Positions 8,269 through 16,900 of a stretch of 64,000 bases of DNA are shown here, in pieces. Positions within the stretch are counted from its first letter, which is position 1. Each line of letters opens with the position of its first letter. The stretch lies in the IMG/VR virus record IMGVR_UViG_3300021364_000006, one strand, 5' to 3'. The translations under genes were made by a program, and so were the position numbers. This stretch comes from a virus. The notes beneath the pieces were generated by a model that ran no database searches, had not been told where the DNA came from, and was given only the letters and a program-made list of their open reading frames with translations.

Positions 8269-8856
8269 CTACACCTCTTTGAATAAAAATGCAAGTGTTT
8301 TTCTTTCGCATTGAGCGAATCTATTGGGAGCCAATCCTCTATGATACAAACTCCCATCAAATAATACAGCACAATTGGGCATGAATGGAAGTGCAATGTA
8401 ATCTTCGGAATCTCTCTCAGTTTGAATTTCTACATGACCACCCCATGTTGCATCCCAATCATATTCAGAAAAAACAACAACCGTCCAACATCTAACATCA
8501 GGATTATCGATGTAATAATCATCGTCGGTGTGAAAAGCAGAATCTTGACCATGAAATTGAATGTTGGTATTGATTCTAATCAATTCCAAATCTCTTTTCA
8601 AAATCTTTTGAATTTTGAGTTTGGCAATAGTTGACGCCTTAATGAACTGGAAATTTGTACTGTAAGGCCAACTCTCAGAATGCTCATGACAATCCATCAG
8701 CATTCCAAAAATTGGATCATTTGGATTCTCATGTTTATCAAAAACCCATTGAGAATGAAAGGGAAGGAACTCTTCAAGAATTCCTTCGTACATATCCTCA
8801 TCAAAGATGTTTTTTATGTACCACACCTCTGGGCATTTTTGAGAGACTTCTATCAT
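8269..8856 (-). CDS. 2OG-Fe(II) oxygenase (HxD, prolyl-hydroxylase-like)
   Basis: FHTD...WDATWGG...PNCAVLFDG..YHRG..P...R. Confidence 0.82.
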   Translation of the reverse strand: MIEVSQKCPEVWYIKNIFDEDMYEGILEEFLPFHSQWVFDKHENPNDPIFGMLMDCHEHSESWPYSTNFQFIKASTIAKLKIQKILKRDLELIRINTNIQFHGQDSAFHTDDDYYIDNPDVRCWTVVVFSEYDWDATWGGHVEIQTERDSEDYIALPFMPNCAVLFDGSLYHRGLAPNRFAQCERKTLAFLFKEV

Positions 8857-9917
8857 TCTTCAATGGTCAAATTAAAATCAGCGTCAACTTTATCATACAG
8901 TTCCAAGAAGGACTGTTTGGTTTCGTCGTCAAAACGATTTAGGCAAATTCCAATTGCCTTTTCTTTATCACCAAAGATACTGTATGCCTTAAGAATGTGA
9001 ACCAAACGACGAGTAGAGATAATCTCTTCGATACCACCATCATAGAAAGTTTTACGGATGATATCAGCCCAATCACAAAGTCGCTTACAGAAAACCTCAT
9101 CATCACAAAGTTTACCCAGAATCTTCTGTTCAATTTGTGGGGTTGGATATTCTTGCTCAAACGTGACAGGGAAACGCTCAAGGAATGCTTCATTCAATAC
9201 GTTGGTGCCGATGAAGCGACCGTCATCAGAACCCTTACCCTTGGTATTTGCAGTAGCAAAGATTTGGAAACCAGCAGCAGGTTGAACGAACTTACCAATC
9301 TTTTTCAGGAAAACACCCTTTCCTTCAAGAATCGATTGAAGACACATAATCTTGTTAGAGGCCAAGTCAAGCTCATCCAACAACAATACAGCACCACGCT
9401 GTAGAGCGTCAATAACAGGCCCATTGTGCCAAACAGTATTACCGTCAACCAACCGAAAACCACCGATGAGATCATCTTCATCTGTTTCGATAGTGATGTT
9501 AACACGAATCAACTCACGTCCGAGTTGGGCACACGCTTGCTCAACCGAGAACGTTTTACCATTGCCCGAAAGTCCCGTAATGAACGTCGGATAAAACAAT
9601 CGCGATTGAATAATTTTGCGAACATCGCTGAAATTACCAAACTTGACGAAGGAATCATCTTTCTGAGGAATAAGGTTTTGCTCAATTGCAGGCATAGCTG
9701 CAGGTGAATTATAAGTTACTTCCAGATCCTGAACTGTCTCTTTTGTAACTTCCAGGTTCCATTTGCCACGACCAATTTTGTAATCAGTCAGTTTGTTTGT
9801 GATGGTCTGATAATTGAAATCATTCATCTTGCAAAATGCCCTGATCTCAGCGGAGTTTACAGATTCACCGTAAGATTCGCGGAGACATTCGATGATGCTG
9901 CTTTTGGAGAGACCCAT
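8853..9917 (-). CDS. cobS: CobS/MoxR-like AAA+ ATPase
   Basis: GLSGNGKT, ETDEDDLIGGFRL, LLLDELD, ATANTKGKG, AFLERF, ISTRRL. Confidence 0.9.
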   Translation of the reverse strand: MGLSKSSIIECLRESYGESVNSAEIRAFCKMNDFNYQTITNKLTDYKIGRGKWNLEVTKETVQDLEVTYNSPAAMPAIEQNLIPQKDDSFVKFGNFSDVRKIIQSRLFYPTFITGLSGNGKTFSVEQACAQLGRELIRVNITIETDEDDLIGGFRLVDGNTVWHNGPVIDALQRGAVLLLDELDLASNKIMCLQSILEGKGVFLKKIGKFVQPAAGFQIFATANTKGKGSDDGRFIGTNVLNEAFLERFPVTFEQEYPTPQIEQKILGKLCDDEVFCKRLCDWADIIRKTFYDGGIEEIISTRRLVHILKAYSIFGDKEKAIGICLNRFDDETKQSFLELYDKVDADFNLTIEE

Positions 9918-9938
9918 TTGCTTTGTTTAACTGAAGTT

Positions 9939-9993
9939 ATTATAGTACGGGAGTGGAGGGAATGGAAGACGTGGCCGCCAGTTTATGAACTGG
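9939..9993 (-). promoter_or_regulatory. host-type promoter with upstream palindrome CCAGTT-N4-AACTGG
   Basis: TATAAT at 9939-9944, weak -35 TTCCAT at 17-nt spacing, perfect palindrome at 9978-9993. Confidence 0.6.
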
Positions 9994-9995
9994 TC

Positions 9996-12155
9996 TCAGC
10001 AAACAAGAGAGATGAATTCAGATAGAATTTTTTTGTTCATCTTTTTACTCTTCAGAGACTTTGTAAATGCAGATTTGATTTGTGCTTTGGTTGCATCTGT
10101 ATTTACAGAAAACTCTGTTTCTTGCGACAGAGCATTAGCAGAGAGTCCAAAATATGTATTGTAACCAACTTCTTTCATTGAAAAACTGCGAGTCTTTTTC
10201 CATGACTTTTCAGCTTCATCAAATTTATCACCATAGAGATACATTTGCATGAACTTACCTGCTTCCCGAGGACCTAGAACACGAATGCCAATGAAGTTTA
10301 CATTTGGAAAACGATCACGGAGATTATTCAAAAGAACTTGTGTGAACTCATGATAAGAGTATCCAAAACTGTAAGTAGTTCCAATTTTGCGATCACGAAG
10401 GAAAGTTGTTTCTGGATTTACAGATCGAGTTCCAATGTAACTTTCACTATTGTATCGATAATTCACCTCTACATGACGATTTAGTTGATGTGCTTCACCA
10501 TCAGTGAGAATAACACACTGAACCTTTTGAAGTTTATTGGTCTTTTGAAACTGTGGAATAATTTGATGAAGACTGATAATAGCTTCATTCAGTGGAGTTC
10601 CAGACAAAGATGTTTGTGTTGGATTGTGATAGGAGACACCTGACCGCTGATAATAAGTCGCAATCCTCCATACGTTCATCATACATTTTTCAAAATCTGA
10701 AGACTTGATCCTGCTACTGAGCATATTCAAAAGATTGAAATCTTTATCAATTTTGAAAATATCTTCTTTCAGTTCATATTTGAGTTCAGGACCAGAAATA
10801 AACTTTCCGTCATCATCATATGTTGCATGAGCCCAATGATTTGTGAATGCATATACTTCAAACGGAATATTGACTTTCTTACAGAACCAAACCAAATTAA
10901 AAAGTTGTTTGACAGTATCAGTCAAAACATCTGCCATTGAACCAGACCAATCTAGAACGAAGATGAGTCCATGATTCTTACCATCAGCAAGCGTGGTAAC
11001 TTTCTTGAATAGATCTTCATTGTATTTGTAAGTGTGCAACTTAGTGCAGTCAAGAACACCAGTGCGAGCGGTTGTAGCACGGGCATAAGAATCTGCAGAC
11101 TTCTTACACTCAAATTCTTTCACAAGATAGTTAACTTCTTTCTGAGCGGACTTCTTGAATTTTTTGTATTCAGTATCTGCAGATTCAAAAATATTTGTAT
11201 ATCGATATTCATATTGAGTAGCACGATCCTCTGCGATCTGAACTTGAGTTGCAAACTGTTGATTCAGATATGAGTGAATCTCAGTGTGATCTACAACAAT
11301 CTTGTCCATATCGAGAGTTTGAATCTCAACATAATTATTTTCATAGAACTCATCATTTCTCATGAGATCTTGAAGGTTCTTTTCAAGAGAAGACTCGGTA
11401 CGAACTTCTGGTTCTGCAGAATCAGTTTCTTGTTTTTCGTAACTTGGAGTATCTAGATCGGCATCATCTTTATTGAAGTCGCGATCATTACGATGATCAT
11501 CTTCAGGATCACTTTCAGTTGGCCATTCTTTTTTCTCTTCTAGATCACCACCAGTAGGACCATCAGACTGTTGTTGTGGTGGTGCAATATTGGGGTGACT
11601 TTCCCGCGAATCTTTACAATACTTGTAAAGTTCTTCAGCCGTGATCAATACATCAGCGAAAGTTTCACAGTCAGAGATCATATTGATGATCTCCTTCTCA
11701 CTATCACTCTGAAAGGGAATATCAACATAGTTACCAATCTTGAAGTACAGATTTGCACGATCTGCAAGATTCATTTCACTCAGATCTTCATCTTCAACTT
11801 CAAAGAAGTCTTCATCAGAAAGTTCTGAATACCCCCGATAAAAAGTCTTGGAGAGGCCTCCATATTTTCGTTTCATCAATTTTTCAATACGAGCATCTTC
11901 AACGATATTTACAAAGGAAGGGGGAATGTTTTTAGTCTCATTCCATTTCTCATCAGGAGTAAACAGAGCATGTCCAACTTCATGACCCACCAGAAGGTCA
12001 TAAACACAGTTAGATGCTTTTTCCCAGGTAGGTAGGGTCAAAACCCTTGTATGAACGTTAAAGGACGCAGTACGGACGTTTTTATGCTCAACTACCAAGT
12101 CTTCAGTAGCAAGTAGTTTAGCAAGTTGAGATTTGATTTCGTGACGGACGCCCAT
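9996..12155 (-). CDS. HExxH metallopeptidase-like domain plus VWA domain protein (CobT-like partner of the AAA+)
   Basis: HEVGH and EDARIE in the N-terminus; acidic linker; MIDAS motifs DWSGSM, GTPL, LTDGE. Likely start MGVRHE at 12155. Confidence 0.85.
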   Translation of the reverse strand: MGVRHEIKSQLAKLLATEDLVVEHKNVRTASFNVHTRVLTLPTWEKASNCVYDLLVGHEVGHALFTPDEKWNETKNIPPSFVNIVEDARIEKLMKRKYGGLSKTFYRGYSELSDEDFFEVEDEDLSEMNLADRANLYFKIGNYVDIPFQSDSEKEIINMISDCETFADVLITAEELYKYCKDSRESHPNIAPPQQQSDGPTGGDLEEKKEWPTESDPEDDHRNDRDFNKDDADLDTPSYEKQETDSAEPEVRTESSLEKNLQDLMRNDEFYENNYVEIQTLDMDKIVVDHTEIHSYLNQQFATQVQIAEDRATQYEYRYTNIFESADTEYKKFKKSAQKEVNYLVKEFECKKSADSYARATTARTGVLDCTKLHTYKYNEDLFKKVTTLADGKNHGLIFVLDWSGSMADVLTDTVKQLFNLVWFCKKVNIPFEVYAFTNHWAHATYDDDGKFISGPELKYELKEDIFKIDKDFNLLNMLSSRIKSSDFEKCMMNVWRIATYYQRSGVSYHNPTQTSLSGTPLNEAIISLHQIIPQFQKTNKLQKVQCVILTDGEAHQLNRHVEVNYRYNSESYIGTRSVNPETTFLRDRKIGTTYSFGYSYHEFTQVLLNNLRDRFPNVNFIGIRVLGPREAGKFMQMYLYGDKFDEAEKSWKKTRSFSMKEVGYNTYFGLSANALSQETEFSVNTDATKAQIKSAFTKSLKSKKMNKKILSEFISLVC

Positions 12156-12176
12156 GAATCTTTTGCGTATAGGACT

Positions 12177-12231
12177 ATTATACAACAAAAAGGGGGGTGT
12201 AAAGACCCCCCTGTGCCAGTTTAAGAATCGG
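12177..12231 (-). promoter_or_regulatory. host-type promoter with degenerate palindrome, overlapping a terminator
   Basis: TATAAT at 12177-12182; CCGATT-N4-AACTGG at 12216-12231. Confidence 0.55.
12187..12211 (-). terminator. intrinsic terminator
   Basis: GGGGGG-tctttaca-CCCCCC-TTTTT. Confidence 0.75.
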
Positions 12232-12367
12232 CCTCTTCTTCATATTCAATTACAACTCGTTTGTACTTTCTACCATTACTATCCACACAAGAGATGTGTC
12301 TCAACGTACCATCCAATTCATCTGCAACTTCATGCAGTGTCCACCATGGAACTTGTTTTTCAGTCAC
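12221..12367 (-). CDS. small hypothetical protein (48 aa, GTG start)
   Basis: GGAGG-CAAC-GTG start; (M)TEKQVPWWTLHEVADELDG...RVVIEYEEEADS*. Confidence 0.6.
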   Translation of the reverse strand: MTEKQVPWWTLHEVADELDGTLRHISCVDSNGRKYKRVVIEYEEEADS

Positions 12368-12501
12368 GTTGCCTCCACTCATCAATTTCTTCTTGAGTAG
12401 GAACGTTGATTCGGAAGGCAAGACCCTCTTCCTCAAACTCTTCGTTCATTTTTTCGTATGTCTCAGGAGTAATCTTTTCAGTCACGTTGCCTCCAATCAT
12501 C
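12357..12501. repeat. 27-bp direct repeat, 1 mismatch (12357-12383 and 12475-12501)
   Basis: ttttcagtcacgttgcctcca(c/a)tcatc occurs twice, 118 bp apart. Confidence 0.9.
12360..12485 (-). CDS. small acidic hypothetical protein (41 aa, GTG start)
   Basis: (M)TEKITPETYEKMNEEFEEEGLAFRINVPTQEEIDEWRQRD*, same RBS/start context as the next gene. Confidence 0.6.
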   Translation of the reverse strand: MTEKITPETYEKMNEEFEEEGLAFRINVPTQEEIDEWRQRD

Positions 12502-12792
12502 GGATTTATCTCTTTGGAACCAGTCATTGATGTCATCTGCACCATCAAACCCCGTTTTGTAATTGGATGGATCGGGGTCTCCTAATCCCATCCTATTCAT
12601 AAAATCATCCATACTACCCTCTTCAATATTTTGAGCAGCTTGACGACGTGCTTTATTTAACCAATCTCTAGCAAGTGTATGTGCTTTGGCAAGTTTTTCT
12701 ACCCAAATCATGTCCTCTAAGGGAACTTCTTCTTTATTAGCAATACATCGACAAATGGATTCTAGTCTGAGGCGATATGCAGTAGATAACAT
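12478..12792 (-). CDS. conserved hypothetical protein
   Basis: MLSTAYRLRLE.IC...DDWRQRD; coupled to its neighbours. Confidence 0.75.
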   Translation of the reverse strand: MLSTAYRLRLESICRCIANKEEVPLEDMIWVEKLAKAHTLARDWLNKARRQAAQNIEEGSMDDFMNRMGLGDPDPSNYKTGFDGADDINDWFQRDKSDDWRQRD

Positions 12793-12986
12793 TAGTCTCG
12801 CAGTTTTAGTTCTAGGTCTTCTAATTTGTGATACTCAGCATGTGCTCGTTCTTGACGATCACAAATAATACTGAGGATATCATTCATAATGATATCGTTG
12901 TCAACGTAATCGTCAAGATACTTATCCAGAGCTTCTTTCAAGTATCTTTTCCTATGCCATTCTGGAGAATAAGGTTTGTAGTTCAT
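12792..12986 (-). CDS. hypothetical protein
   Basis: 64 aa, TAATG stop/start overlap with the next gene; late-promoter-like CTAAATA upstream (~13013-13019). Confidence 0.7.
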   Translation of the reverse strand: MNYKPYSPEWHRKRYLKEALDKYLDDYVDNDIIMNDILSIICDRQERAHAEYHKLEDLELKLRD

Positions 12987-13015
12987 GGTCCATAATGTAA
13001 AGTCATGTATTGTAT

Positions 13016-14725
13016 TTAGACTATTCTACTGAAGCCTTTTACTTTGTCAAATCTAATTACATTCTCAAACTTATCGTATAATCCATCTTTATGAGAGATG
13101 ACAAAAATATTTGCATCTTTGATAACGTATTTAATGATCTTCAGAAATTCTTCTGTACCAAATCCATCGAGAGAAGAATCAAAAACTTCATCCATGATGA
13201 GAAGATTTGTATTTACTGAATTCTTAGCTCTAGCAATTTCTCTCCACGTAAACAAAAGTGCTAGGTCGATTCTCATCTTTTCCCCTTCACTGAATGATGA
13301 ATAGGAAAACTTATCATGAACTGGTGATTGAATAGTTTCCGTAAACTCTTCATCAAGTTTAAAATTGATGTAGAAGTCCATCATTCTCAAATAACGGTGT
13401 ACTTGCTGGTTAATGAGAGGCAAATACTTTTTAATGATTTGCCTCTTTACACCTCCGTCTTTGAGTAATGAAAATGCGAAGTCGTAATAACTTAATGATT
13501 CCTTGTGCTCACTAAGATCATTATAAAGTTTATCTAGATCCTTCTGGAATGATAGTAGTTTCTCGTGTTCAGAATTTCGGTTCTCGAGCTGACTGGTAAC
13601 AGTTTGAATCTCAGATTCGAGTTGTCGTATCTGTCTGTGAATCCCAGATATTGTAGAATTGTTTGTAGAAATCTCATGGTTGAGGTTTACAATCTCCTTG
13701 CTGATTTTTTTAAATTGCTGCTCTCGTTTTTCTTCCTCTTTAATTGCCGCTTCCAGTTCGTTATAACCAGATTGCAACTCTTTAGCTTTAGATTGAGCAG
13801 CTTCAACTCTATTTAACCGAAACTCTTCTTCTATGTCTTGGTCGCATGTGGGGCAAACCGTATGATCATTAAAAAACTTATGCTCTTTTGTAATGGTTGA
13901 AACTTTCTGAGAGATTTTGCCTTTCAAATTGCCAAGTTTTCGTAACTTATCTGAAGCACCAGAGTAATTTTCTAGTTCGGTTTGTAAAGAATTTACTTTG
14001 ATTTGCACACCATCATTTTCACTTCTAGTATCATTCTCTTCAATCAAAAGTTTTTGAATAACATCTTCCTTTAGTTTGATATTTTCCTTTCCACGGTTCT
14101 CCAACTCATCGATAAAGTTTTTTTGCATCTTGATCTTCTCAAGATAAGATTCTTTTTTAACATCCAGAATCTTGGTCTTTTCACGGAATACTTTAATCTT
14201 TTCCTTAATGAGTCCATTCATTGCCGAAAAGATCTTGATATCCAAAAGATCTTCAATTACTTCTCTACGATGACCACTTGAAAGTTGCATGAATGGGACG
14301 AAAGTAGAACTTCCCAGAATTACAACTTGAGTAAAAGATTTGTGATTTAGTTTGAGGATATTATCTTCAAGAATTCTCTGGTTTGATCTGTCGTCAGCTT
14401 CCTTATGCAGGACTGTTCCGTTGACTTCAATATCAAACACATTTGGTTTCATTCCTCTACGAATGAAATACTTTTTATTACCAACCTTAAAATTTACTTC
14501 AACAAGACAGTTCTTCTCATTAACTGTATTGACAAGTTGTGGTTTATTAATTTTACGAAAAGGTTTATTGAACAATGCAAAAGTCAATGCATCTAGCAAT
14601 GTAGACTTGCCAGATCCATTTGATCCAATAATGATAGTATTACTAGACTGAGTGAAATCAATTTCAGTCCACTGATCACCAGTTGAAAGAAAATTCTTCC
14701 AACGAATATTCTCAAATAAAATCAT
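13016..14725 (-). CDS. gp46: recombination endonuclease subunit, Rad50/SbcC-like ATPase
   Basis: GSNGSGKST, CPTC zinc hook, FSEGEK signature, IMDEVFD. Confidence 0.97.
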   Translation of the reverse strand: MILFENIRWKNFLSTGDQWTEIDFTQSSNTIIIGSNGSGKSTLLDALTFALFNKPFRKINKPQLVNTVNEKNCLVEVNFKVGNKKYFIRRGMKPNVFDIEVNGTVLHKEADDRSNQRILEDNILKLNHKSFTQVVILGSSTFVPFMQLSSGHRREVIEDLLDIKIFSAMNGLIKEKIKVFREKTKILDVKKESYLEKIKMQKNFIDELENRGKENIKLKEDVIQKLLIEENDTRSENDGVQIKVNSLQTELENYSGASDKLRKLGNLKGKISQKVSTITKEHKFFNDHTVCPTCDQDIEEEFRLNRVEAAQSKAKELQSGYNELEAAIKEEEKREQQFKKISKEIVNLNHEISTNNSTISGIHRQIRQLESEIQTVTSQLENRNSEHEKLLSFQKDLDKLYNDLSEHKESLSYYDFAFSLLKDGGVKRQIIKKYLPLINQQVHRYLRMMDFYINFKLDEEFTETIQSPVHDKFSYSSFSEGEKMRIDLALLFTWREIARAKNSVNTNLLIMDEVFDSSLDGFGTEEFLKIIKYVIKDANIFVISHKDGLYDKFENVIRFDKVKGFSRIV

Positions 14726-14726
14726 A

Positions 14727-14987
14727 CTACTTCAATGGTGGAACAACTAAATCATCCTTTGTGATGACCACATAATTTACTCCCTTCACTATACAAGTTT
14801 TGATTGCAAGATCTGGATCGACTTCTACTGGTTCAACTGAGCCTTCATCATTCTCAGTTTCTAACATCATAGCATATCTTTCGGCATCTGACTGCTCTTC
14901 AAAGAAAAATAAAACCTTTTCCCTTTTTTTGTTATAAACAGCATAAGCACCCTCTTGCTTTTCTGTTTTTTGAACAAGCATGAACAT
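14727..14987 (-). CDS. hypothetical protein (DUF3110-like)
   Basis: EGAYAV...VLFFFEEQSDAERYAMML motif; sits between gp47 and gp46. Confidence 0.6.
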   Translation of the reverse strand: MFMLVQKTEKQEGAYAVYNKKREKVLFFFEEQSDAERYAMMLETENDEGSVEPVEVDPDLAIKTCIVKGVNYVVITKDDLVVPPLK

Positions 14988-16036
14988 TACTCAACCTCGC
15001 AAGCTGAAGTATAGACTTTCTCTAGAATTGATTTTACCTTTGATGTATTCAAACTACATTCAGATTCATCTACGTATCTATTCAAAATAGAAAGTGTATT
15101 TTCAGACTCGTCAGAAGAGAAATCTTCACTCTGATAGAAACCATTGAAATCAAAATTCTCAACAATTTTTAAATCATTGACACCAGATGCGTAAAGTTTA
15201 TCAATAAACCTTTCAAACTTATTCAGATTACTTTTCTTATTTACTATAACCTTGACAATTTTGTTTTTATATGGTTCAGCATTAAAGGTTTGATATGGAG
15301 TATCTTCATATGAAATCACATAAAACAATCTATGTGGATTATTGACAGGAGTGTGTTCTAAAGTCTCTGTATCAAAAATATGAAAACCTCTAGTCTCTTC
15401 TACATCATGCCAATAGATTTCATATGGATTCCCAAGATAGTAGACATTATCTTGAAAGTTTCTGTGATGATAATGGCCAGAAAAAACTTTCTCAAACTTT
15501 GAATAGTTTGCTTTATCTTCACCATGCTCACAAATATATGTTTTGTTTGCATAGAATCCTCTCATCTCAAGATGACCAAAAGCAACTTTTGCTTTAGTTC
15601 TTTTCATGATTGCCATCGTGTCTTCACGATTTTCATCATTGATCCATGGGATGAAGAAAGTTTTCAGACCTCCAATCTCAACTTCGGTAGGACTTCCATA
15701 AACAACAACGTTATCATACTCTCGTAACAATAAGTCAACAGAGTTAATCTCGTTAGTGTCTTTGTAATAAGCTGTGTGATTTCCGACAATTGTATGCACA
15801 GTGATGCCCATAGACTGAAGGCGATCATAGTAAACCTCTTTAGCCCAATTGAGAGACCAGAAGTCAATGCCTTTACGAGTGTCGAAAGTATCACCCATAT
15901 CGATAACAGTGTCGATTCCTTCCTTTTCAAGGGTTGGGAAGAAGACTGTTTCGTAGAACTTTTTGAAGTAGTCATGGAGATTTTGATTTCCTTTTCTAGC
16001 ACCAAAATGTTGATCTGTAATGATCGCAACCTTCAC
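14987..16036 (-). CDS. gp47: recombination endonuclease subunit, Mre11/SbcD-like
   Basis: TDQHFG, GDTFD, VGNH, GHLE, SGHYH metallophosphoesterase motifs. Confidence 0.97.
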   Translation of the reverse strand: MKVAIITDQHFGARKGNQNLHDYFKKFYETVFFPTLEKEGIDTVIDMGDTFDTRKGIDFWSLNWAKEVYYDRLQSMGITVHTIVGNHTAYYKDTNEINSVDLLLREYDNVVVYGSPTEVEIGGLKTFFIPWINDENREDTMAIMKRTKAKVAFGHLEMRGFYANKTYICEHGEDKANYSKFEKVFSGHYHHRNFQDNVYYLGNPYEIYWHDVEETRGFHIFDTETLEHTPVNNPHRLFYVISYEDTPYQTFNAEPYKNKIVKVIVNKKSNLNKFERFIDKLYASGVNDLKIVENFDFNGFYQSEDFSSDESENTLSILNRYVDESECSLNTSKVKSILEKVYTSACEVE

Positions 16037-16293
16037 AACTTCCCTCCTACTACACCATTGTTAACGACACGTACAGATCCTTCTGGCCAACCCTCCTGTT
16101 CACACTTTAGATGCCAACGACTCATATCAGTAACAATTTTTTCGGTCATTCCAAACAAGAAGTCTTTTCCCGTATCCTTACGAACACTCTTCCACATGAA
16201 ACGTGTCTCTTCTACGCGAAAGGCATCATCAATCCATTCGTAATTCTCATCTTCGCAGCGTTGTGCTTCATCCAGGATTTGCTCTTGAGTCAT
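16033..16293 (-). CDS. conserved hypothetical protein
   Basis: WIDDAFRVEETRFMWKS...VVGGKL; 4-nt overlaps with both neighbours. Confidence 0.7.
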   Translation of the reverse strand: MTQEQILDEAQRCEDENYEWIDDAFRVEETRFMWKSVRKDTGKDFLFGMTEKIVTDMSRWHLKCEQEGWPEGSVRVVNNGVVGGKL

Positions 16294-16796
16294 CGGTTCA
16301 TCTTAGTCTGAATGTTTTCCTTGATCGTATTATAGTCTGAACTGGTGCGAGAAAGCAAGCTGTCGTCAACTGCCATGACCTCAGCAAATCCAGACTTTTC
16401 AATGATGCGATTTTTGATCTCTAGTTGCTTTTTCTCTTTACCAATTCTTCTTAGAAAAGCAAAGTAAATAATTTGGGTAAAGTATGCAAAAGGATTTGAA
16501 CTCTTTTGTGGATCGAAATTAGTAACATATTCAATACAATTTTCTAATCCATCAGATATCATGTCCTCTTTGAACATGTAATTAACAAAGTTTGGTTTGT
16601 GTGATAGATGATCACCAATCTTTTTGAAACAGGTTCCTAAGAACTCATGAGTTTTTCTAAACTCTCTCGACTCACGTAAAAGATCTGCTTTAGTCTTTCC
16701 TTCCGCTTCAGCTTGCTTCAGAAAGTCTTTGTACTTGTTGATCTCAGCAAGGAACTCTTTGTTATTTACATAATGTTCTGGTTTTTTCTTTACCAT
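16290..16796 (-). CDS. gp55: late-transcription sigma factor
   Basis: HYVNNKEF, KPNFVNY, MISDGLENC, NPFAYFTQIIYFAFLRRI. Likely start MVKKKP at 16796. Confidence 0.96.
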   Translation of the reverse strand: MVKKKPEHYVNNKEFLAEINKYKDFLKQAEAEGKTKADLLRESREFRKTHEFLGTCFKKIGDHLSHKPNFVNYMFKEDMISDGLENCIEYVTNFDPQKSSNPFAYFTQIIYFAFLRRIGKEKKQLEIKNRIIEKSGFAEVMAVDDSLLSRTSSDYNTIKENIQTKMNR

Positions 16797-16824
16797 TACT
16801 TTTTCTAATTTTACCTTTGATACA

Positions 16825-16853
16825 ATTATATCACGTATGCAAGGACTTGACAA
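16825..16853 (-). promoter_or_regulatory. sigma70-type promoter for gp55: TTGTCA-N17-TATAAT
   Basis: -35 at 16848-16853, -10 at 16825-16830. Confidence 0.8.
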
Positions 16854-16875
16854 CATACGTAAAAACTAGTACAAT
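16847..16875 (+). promoter_or_regulatory. divergent sigma70-type promoter TTGACA-N17-TACAAT, antisense to the uvsW region
   Basis: -35 at 16847-16852, -10 at 16870-16875. Confidence 0.6.
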
Positions 16876-16900
16876 CTGGCTTGTCCAGGATGAAAAGAAA

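Noticed and set aside
12357-12501. 27-bp repeat as a mini-CRISPR array
   Set aside because: Only two copies, a 91-bp coding interval, no palindrome and no cas genes.
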